Shown here in pieces: positions 5,733-10,234 of a stretch of 10,234 nt of DNA. A program made the translations under genes and the position numbers. Location of the stretch: the NCBI GenBank assembly GCA_041736175.1, contig JBGSUI010000198.1:1-10234 (forward strand), given 5' to 3'. A model generated the notes under the pieces. The model was given only the letters and a program-made list of their open reading frames with translations, had not been told where the DNA came from and did not search any database. Every line of letters begins with the position of its first letter. The stretch's first letter is position 1. The DNA is from Oligoflexales bacterium. Its GTDB lineage: Bacteria > Bdellovibrionota_B > Oligoflexia > Oligoflexales > CAIYRB01.

Positions 5733-7586
5733 TTAATAGGCAACCTTCAACCCAAACACTCCCATAGTCCCCACAAAAAGCAAAGCATTAACAAGCACCA
5801 CCCTAATTTTTGCTGAAATAGATTTTTGCCTCCGTGTCAAAATATGTATGGCCAAGAAAAGCACCAAACTTCTCAGAACAATGGCATCGATATGATAAGT
5901 GGACCTATAGGGCTCTGGTATCAAAAGTAACACAAGGGGAAAAACCAGCATCAAAAAATCGCTGGGGCTGAAAATAAGATAGCGACGCCTGAAGGTCGCG
6001 ATAAAAATGAGTGCCGTCGTCAGGGCGAGCCAGCCAAAGAGACTGTTGTACAACCCATTAAGCTCGACAGGTTTTCCATTGAATTGGACGAGGATAACAT
6101 GTTGGTTATTAGACATTAACAGAGTCACCACACTGACCAGAAAGACAAATGAATTTAGAAAATCGTCCTGTTTGGTCTTTAAGAGCCTCATGAGAAGGAG
6201 AAGCGTCAGGGCAAAAAAGGCAAAATAGCCTATGGTCAAGTCTACGTTACCAGAAAAAAAAGGGACCCCAAGGAGGATGGCATAGATGATATAGCGGTTT
6301 GAAGTCTCAAGCATCCTGACGACAGCTTTTAGCCGCACCCCTAGGGGCTGGGTGCGTACAAAGTGACTGCTTTGGGTCGAGAGGCGTTCGATGAATTTGT
6401 CGTCAATAAGCCGTGTCAAAGATATCAAGAGGGTGATCAAGGCCAGCGCAATATAAGGGATAGCACTGAAGTTGTATTTTGGAAAAAGAACAGGAAATAG
6501 GCCAAGAACTCCAAAGCTTAAGGCTATAAAATAGATGGACCCTACACACTGGCTTTGGGTTAGACCGAGTCGTAACAGCGAATGATGAAAATGACTTTGA
6601 TCAGGGGCAAAAGGACTGCGTCCTGCTTTAAGCCTCAGAAAAATCACCGTTGCAGTATCAACGATTGGGATTGCTAGACATAAGATGACCGAGCAAAAGG
6701 GTAGCGCACGGGAGAAATCATAAGCTAATAGAGGTGATGGAGTCGTATAGCCTACATAATCAGCGATTCTTGCTAAACCCCATTGGCCTTTTGGCAAAAG
6801 CTCAAGGGGTATTCTTTCTAGGACGATTAGAATCATCACACCTAACATATAGCCCAGCCAGTTGCTCCCGCCGTCTCCCATAAAAATCTTAGCGGGATGG
6901 GTGTTATAACGTAAAAAACCTAGAATCACCCCGATCAAAGGAATGCTCAAAAAGAGGGCGACTTGTAGGTTGCCAGTCGTCTGGATATGGAGAAAGGTCA
7001 GCAGCGCAATAGATATCAGAACGATGCCTCCCGCGAGCCCGTCCATGCCGTCGATCATGTTGATAGCGTTCATCGCGCCAATTAGGATAAAAGCCGCCAA
7101 AAAGGTGCCTAAACTTGCTGGTAGATGAAACGACAGGCTTGTGGTCAGAGCAAAGTTCTGGATACTCAGATCGCACACGTAGATGGTGACAAAGGCACAG
7201 GTGGTCTGAATAAGGAGCCGCGTGATCGCCCGGATCGGTTTTAGATCATCCCAAAAGCCCATCAAGAACAGGACCATCGAGACGCCCAAAACGGTGAATA
7301 GGTGCGGAGAAACCTCGGTGAGCCCAGCCGTACAAAGGCTGGTCATCAAAAAACCGAGGATCATCCCAATGCCACCGAGCCGGGGTGTAGGGCTGTGGTG
7401 GATCCGTCGGCTCTCGGGCATATCAAAGAGTTGGTAGGTCCCAGCAAACCGCAAGACGATCGGTGTGGTAATCATCGTTAATATCAGTGGTACGCCCAGT
7501 AATAGAAGCAGATGTATACCAAGCACCTTGGTTTTCCTTTCCACCGGTGCATGAGACCATAAGGATACTCTTCTCATGAGCCGCAT
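5733..7586 (-). CDS. wecA: Undecaprenyl-phosphate GlcNAc-1-phosphate transferase-like (WecA/MraY family, GT4) with long membrane C-terminal extension; true start may be a few codons downstream
   Basis: RRIHHSPTPRLGG, GFWDD, NAINMIDGMDGLAGG, PAKIFMGDGGS and PFAPDQSHFHH, with many TM segments. Confidence 0.88.
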   Translation of the reverse strand: MRLMRRVSLWSHAPVERKTKVLGIHLLLLLGVPLILTMITTPIVLRFAGTYQLFDMPESRRIHHSPTPRLGGIGMILGFLMTSLCTAGLTEVSPHLFTVLGVSMVLFLMGFWDDLKPIRAITRLLIQTTCAFVTIYVCDLSIQNFALTTSLSFHLPASLGTFLAAFILIGAMNAINMIDGMDGLAGGIVLISIALLTFLHIQTTGNLQVALFLSIPLIGVILGFLRYNTHPAKIFMGDGGSNWLGYMLGVMILIVLERIPLELLPKGQWGLARIADYVGYTTPSPLLAYDFSRALPFCSVILCLAIPIVDTATVIFLRLKAGRSPFAPDQSHFHHSLLRLGLTQSQCVGSIYFIALSFGVLGLFPVLFPKYNFSAIPYIALALITLLISLTRLIDDKFIERLSTQSSHFVRTQPLGVRLKAVVRMLETSNRYIIYAILLGVPFFSGNVDLTIGYFAFFALTLLLLMRLLKTKQDDFLNSFVFLVSVVTLLMSNNQHVILVQFNGKPVELNGLYNSLFGWLALTTALIFIATFRRRYLIFSPSDFLMLVFPLVLLLIPEPYRSTYHIDAIVLRSLVLFLAIHILTRRQKSISAKIRVVLVNALLFVGTMGVFGLKVAY

Positions 7587-7978
7587 TGATCATATTTTGG
7601 ATCTAACTCCCACATTACACGCTGCGCCGGTATGGGTAAAGAAAATCTGAGAGTGCCGGCCCTTTGGAGCTGTGGCTTTCCTGCCGGGATTTTGCTGCAA
7701 GGGACCATTCTAAAGGCATGGTCCGCCCCCACGGTCTCATCTTGGGAAATTCCCAAAGACCTTTCGGGCAACTTAACCCTGAGACCTTGAGAATTTCTCT
7801 GGGCACTATTGGTGCACAGCCAAATTCAAAACGAAGAGACCAGTCGTGCTTCTATGATCCGGAGACTCGAAAGAGCATTAAAAGAGAGGCGCCTCAAAAC
7901 CTTAGATAAACCTCTGGCAGACCCGTTTAAACTGTCTATCAAAATGCTTTTGCATGACATCTTGGGGACGATTGCAGC

Positions 7979-8197
7979 CTAGGCAGCGATTTGTCTTTTG
8001 CCGATCATAAGGGCCTGAAATCTGGCCAATTTATCCAGGTCAGAACGGCTCTTAAAAAATTCCCTTTTGTCGATGGCTTTTTTTGCAAAACATCCGTAAA
8101 TCAAAGGAATCCAAAGGAAGGCGTCCCCCTACTTGTCGTAGTCCGGAATTTTTCGTATGAAGTACCGGTTTTTAATCCCGACAACCGCTGCACCCAC
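7979..8197 (-). pseudogene. Degraded fragment of an unknown protein (paralog of 9970-10095)
   Basis: Reads VGAAVVGIKNRYFIRKIPDYDK*GDAFLWIPLIYGCFAKKAIDKREFF...KRQIAA*. The internal TAG (8129-8131) aligns with TAT in the paralog. Confidence 0.5.
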
Positions 8198-8402
8198 TTA
8201 GGGCGATCTTGGGTGGCTTGATGGCTAGAGTGTAGCTAAATCCGTAGCTCTCGATCTTAAACTTCTCATGGTCGCATTGAGGTCCATGTCTCAACTTTCT
8301 AGATTTCTGAGAAGGATTTTAAGTCGTGAGGTCGACCCTTTGATATCGTATGTAAGCTTGTCAAAACCCATCTTGGTCATCGATAGGGCGGACATGACCT
8401 TC

Positions 8403-8961
8403 CTATCCAAGCGTCGGTTCCTGGGCTGCGGTCGGTCGTCGCCGACAAACATAGACGGAGTTGATTTTAATAACCGTTATTTCGCCTTTGCCAATCCACT
8501 GGATGATGTAGCGGAAAACCTCGGGCGATGCTGCCGCACCACGAAACCATGGCTCTTCGTCTTCGAGGATTTCTAGCGTGGGCCATGCTATTAAGTTTTT
8601 CAACAATCTAATCCAATCCATTGATAAGCCCGACCGCAAGGGATTTCCAAGGCTCTTTGGCCTTGATGCGGATCCAAGCCTGGCGTTCCATTTGGCTTAC
8701 TCGGTCCCCCGACAAGTCTAATTGCTTGCCGATCCTTGAGTAGGACGCCACCATCCCGTCGTCCATGCCCGCTCGAAGTCTTATGATCTTAACCCAACGC
8801 TCCTTCAAGTGGATGTTATCCCTCAACTCGTCTCCAAATATCTGAAAGAATGACCGGTCACGGAAGCTGTCGATGGTCTGTGAAACTGGTAGAGTCGCGA
8901 CCAGCTCGACGACCCGTGTTCCCTGGCACTTTATCCTAGACGCCAAGGCAATGGGATCCAT
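8403..8961 (-). pseudogene. Fragmented gene with sigma-70 region 4-like HTH (8608..8961), probably continuing by frameshift into 8403..8639
   Basis: LKERWVKIIRLRAGMDDGMVASYSRIGKQLDLSGDRVSQMERQAWIRIK fits the region 4 consensus (L..RE..VI.LRFGL.DG...TL.EIG....VS.ERIRQIE..AL..L). No sigma region 2. Overlapping short frames follow. Confidence 0.65.
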
Positions 8962-9970
8962 TTGCTTTTCATAGGCCTCTCAACGGTGATCCTGCTGTCA
9001 TGGCAACTGTCGGCTTTTACGGCCTTGGCCTGGCGGGGAGCCCCGGGCACCTACGAGGGGGTGATGGTCCTGCTGGCGTATGTGATCCTTGCAGCATCGG
9101 CCACGGCTCTTGAGTTCACCCCAGTCCAGATCACGGTCCGCTTGGGTACTTTAGGTGTGGGGCTGGTTGGGGTGGCTGGTTGGGGTTTACCTAAAGTATT
9201 CGGAGTCCATCCGCTCCTTTTCCCATGGGCGCAGCAAGATCTGCTCGGGATCGACCCTTAGCAGGGCATCGCCCTGACGCGCTCCACCCATTCCTATGCA
9301 ACGGCCATGTTAAGCCATTCCAACTACATGGGAACCTACAGTGGGATGGTGGGGCTGGTTTTTTTGACCTACTCCGTACTGGAGCCTCGCAAAAAAAGAA
9401 TGGATGCAGGAGCCGACCCCTAAACCACAGCCTTCTTCAATCGTGCAGGCTCAAGACCAAATTCATCTCACATTAGAAGGGCAGTTTATAAGCATCACGG
9501 CCCCAAAGGCCATGGACTTTGGGATCGCGATGGCCGTTGGGCAACTGTTGACGCCTGGCTACGGCGGATACGAGTTGGTGCAGGGTCTGGTCGAATCCAG
9601 CCATTATCCCAATCGAGATTTTACCGGGTTCATAAACACCTTTGGATCAACCGGTGTGCTGATCGATAAACCCCATAATTTTTACCTCCAGTATGCTTTC
9701 CACTTTGGTCTCCTTGGTCTGGGCTTGTACATAGCAGTCGCTTTGTATGTTGTAGGAATGTACCTGCGGGATTTGAGGACCGAGCGGTGTTCACCCAAGA
9801 AAGGAAAGGAGGGGTTTTCGAGCTTTAAGCTGGCGTGCTTGATGGGGCTCGTCTGCTTTTTGGGGTGTGGTCTCACCAACGACAGTATGAGCGGGGTGAC
9901 CTCGATCGCCTGGATTCTTATGGGCCTGCTCTTGGCGGGAGTGCCAAAACCCACCGAGTCATTTGGTTGA
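8962..9970 (+). pseudogene. O-antigen ligase-like (WaaL/Wzy_C) membrane protein, fragmented
   Basis: ALAWRGAPGTYEGVMVLLAY; in-frame TAG 9259-9261, after which the frame continues into MLSHSNYMGTY (N-x-N-Y-x-G-x-Y-like motif). Frame change near the A-run at ~9391-9404. C-terminal GYG...IDKPHNFYLQ...FGLLGL and GLTNDS motifs. Confidence 0.85.
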
Positions 9971-10095
9971 TGTCAGATTCTATTAGGTCTGTGGTCGGGC
10001 TTAAGAAGCGGCACTTCATACGGAACTTTATAGACTACGACAACTATCTGCATTGTAGGTACGACCAGCCAGACCTCCTCCTCACAGAGTTGTCC
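9970..10095 (+). pseudogene. Small unknown coding fragment cut by the group II intron
   Basis: ATG overlaps the ligase TGA (TGATG). Reads MSDSIRSVVGLKKRHFIRNFIDYDNYLHCRYDQPDLLLTELS up to the intron boundary. Homologous to 8129-8185. Confidence 0.5.
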
Positions 10096-10234
10096 GTCGG
10101 GTAAGGAGAGGGAGCACAATTGCTCCCCCTCCTCCCCACAGAAGCCCGCCGGCGGATTTCCCGCACGAGCCTCTTCATCACACGGTTTACAGCACAGCCA
10201 TCTCTGTCATTTGTTGGAATGAAAGGTAAATTTT
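10096..10234 (-). mobile_element. Group II intron, 3' end (end of D4, D5 at 10141-10173, D6 with branch A at 10102, 3' splice site at 10096)
   Basis: Minus strand: GAGGCTCGT GCGG GAAAT CCGC CG GCGGGCTTC (D5), TGT, then GGG GAGGAGGGGGAGCA ATTG TGCTCCCTCTCCTT A CCC GAC (fully paired D6, bulged A 7 nt from the end, RAY terminus). Confidence 0.92.
10187..10234 (-). CDS. Probable C-terminal tail of the intron-encoded RT/maturase (partial)
   Basis: Open frame KIYLSFQQMTEMAVL* stops 13 nt before D5, the usual position for an IEP stop. Too short for a motif-based call. Confidence 0.5.
   Translation of the reverse strand, partial: KIYLSFQQMTEMAVL

Noticed and set aside
77..7437. Short track ORFs 77..268, 141..449, 424..666, 962..1198, 4268..4462, 6007..6228, 6904..7176, 6943..7128, 7222..7437
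   Set aside because: Antisense or alternate-frame shadows of well-supported genes, with no motifs.
5618..7611. Imperfect inverted repeats GGGACTTGGATC (5618-5629) / GATCTAACTCCC (7600-7611) flanking wecA as a transposable cassette
   Set aside because: Only 10/12 match with no target duplication; compatible with chance.
7574..10104. Track ORFs 7574..7771, 7615..7806, 7664..7909, 7991..8221, 8268..8576, 9225..9476, 9682..9954 and the 5' part of 9835..10104
   Set aside because: No recognisable motifs. Most are antisense or off-frame to pseudogene fragments. Only the part of 9835..10104 from ATG 9970 is supported.
1..10234. CRISPR array, tRNA, rRNA
   Set aside because: No regularly spaced direct repeats, cloverleaf or rRNA-like sequence seen by eye.

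Overview
Accessory region made of a partly decayed surface-polysaccharide locus flanked by mobile DNA. Left end: the C-terminus and right end of an ISAzo13-family IS (1-137, +, transposase tail missing from the ORF track) inserted at a TTA into the transposase of a non-canonical IS66-like element (138-~2247, -). That element has the order tnpA-like, tnpB, [nested hairpin], DUF4338/DruA-like gene with a Mom/GNAT-type motif, tnpC. Middle (- strand): a WecA/MraY-family GT4 with a long extra membrane C-terminus, a 32-aa fnlA stump, intact fnlB, a truncated and mutated fnlC, a GT2 and a coupled 2OG-Fe(II) oxygenase. Right end: decayed coding DNA (sigma70-region-4-like HTH, O-antigen-ligase-like pseudogene, two inverted paralogous fragments of an unknown gene) and the 3' end of a group II intron (10096-10234, -). 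Its domain 5 has an atypical AGG triad and CG bulge with full base pairing retained. All family calls are from motif recognition by eye; no searches were run.
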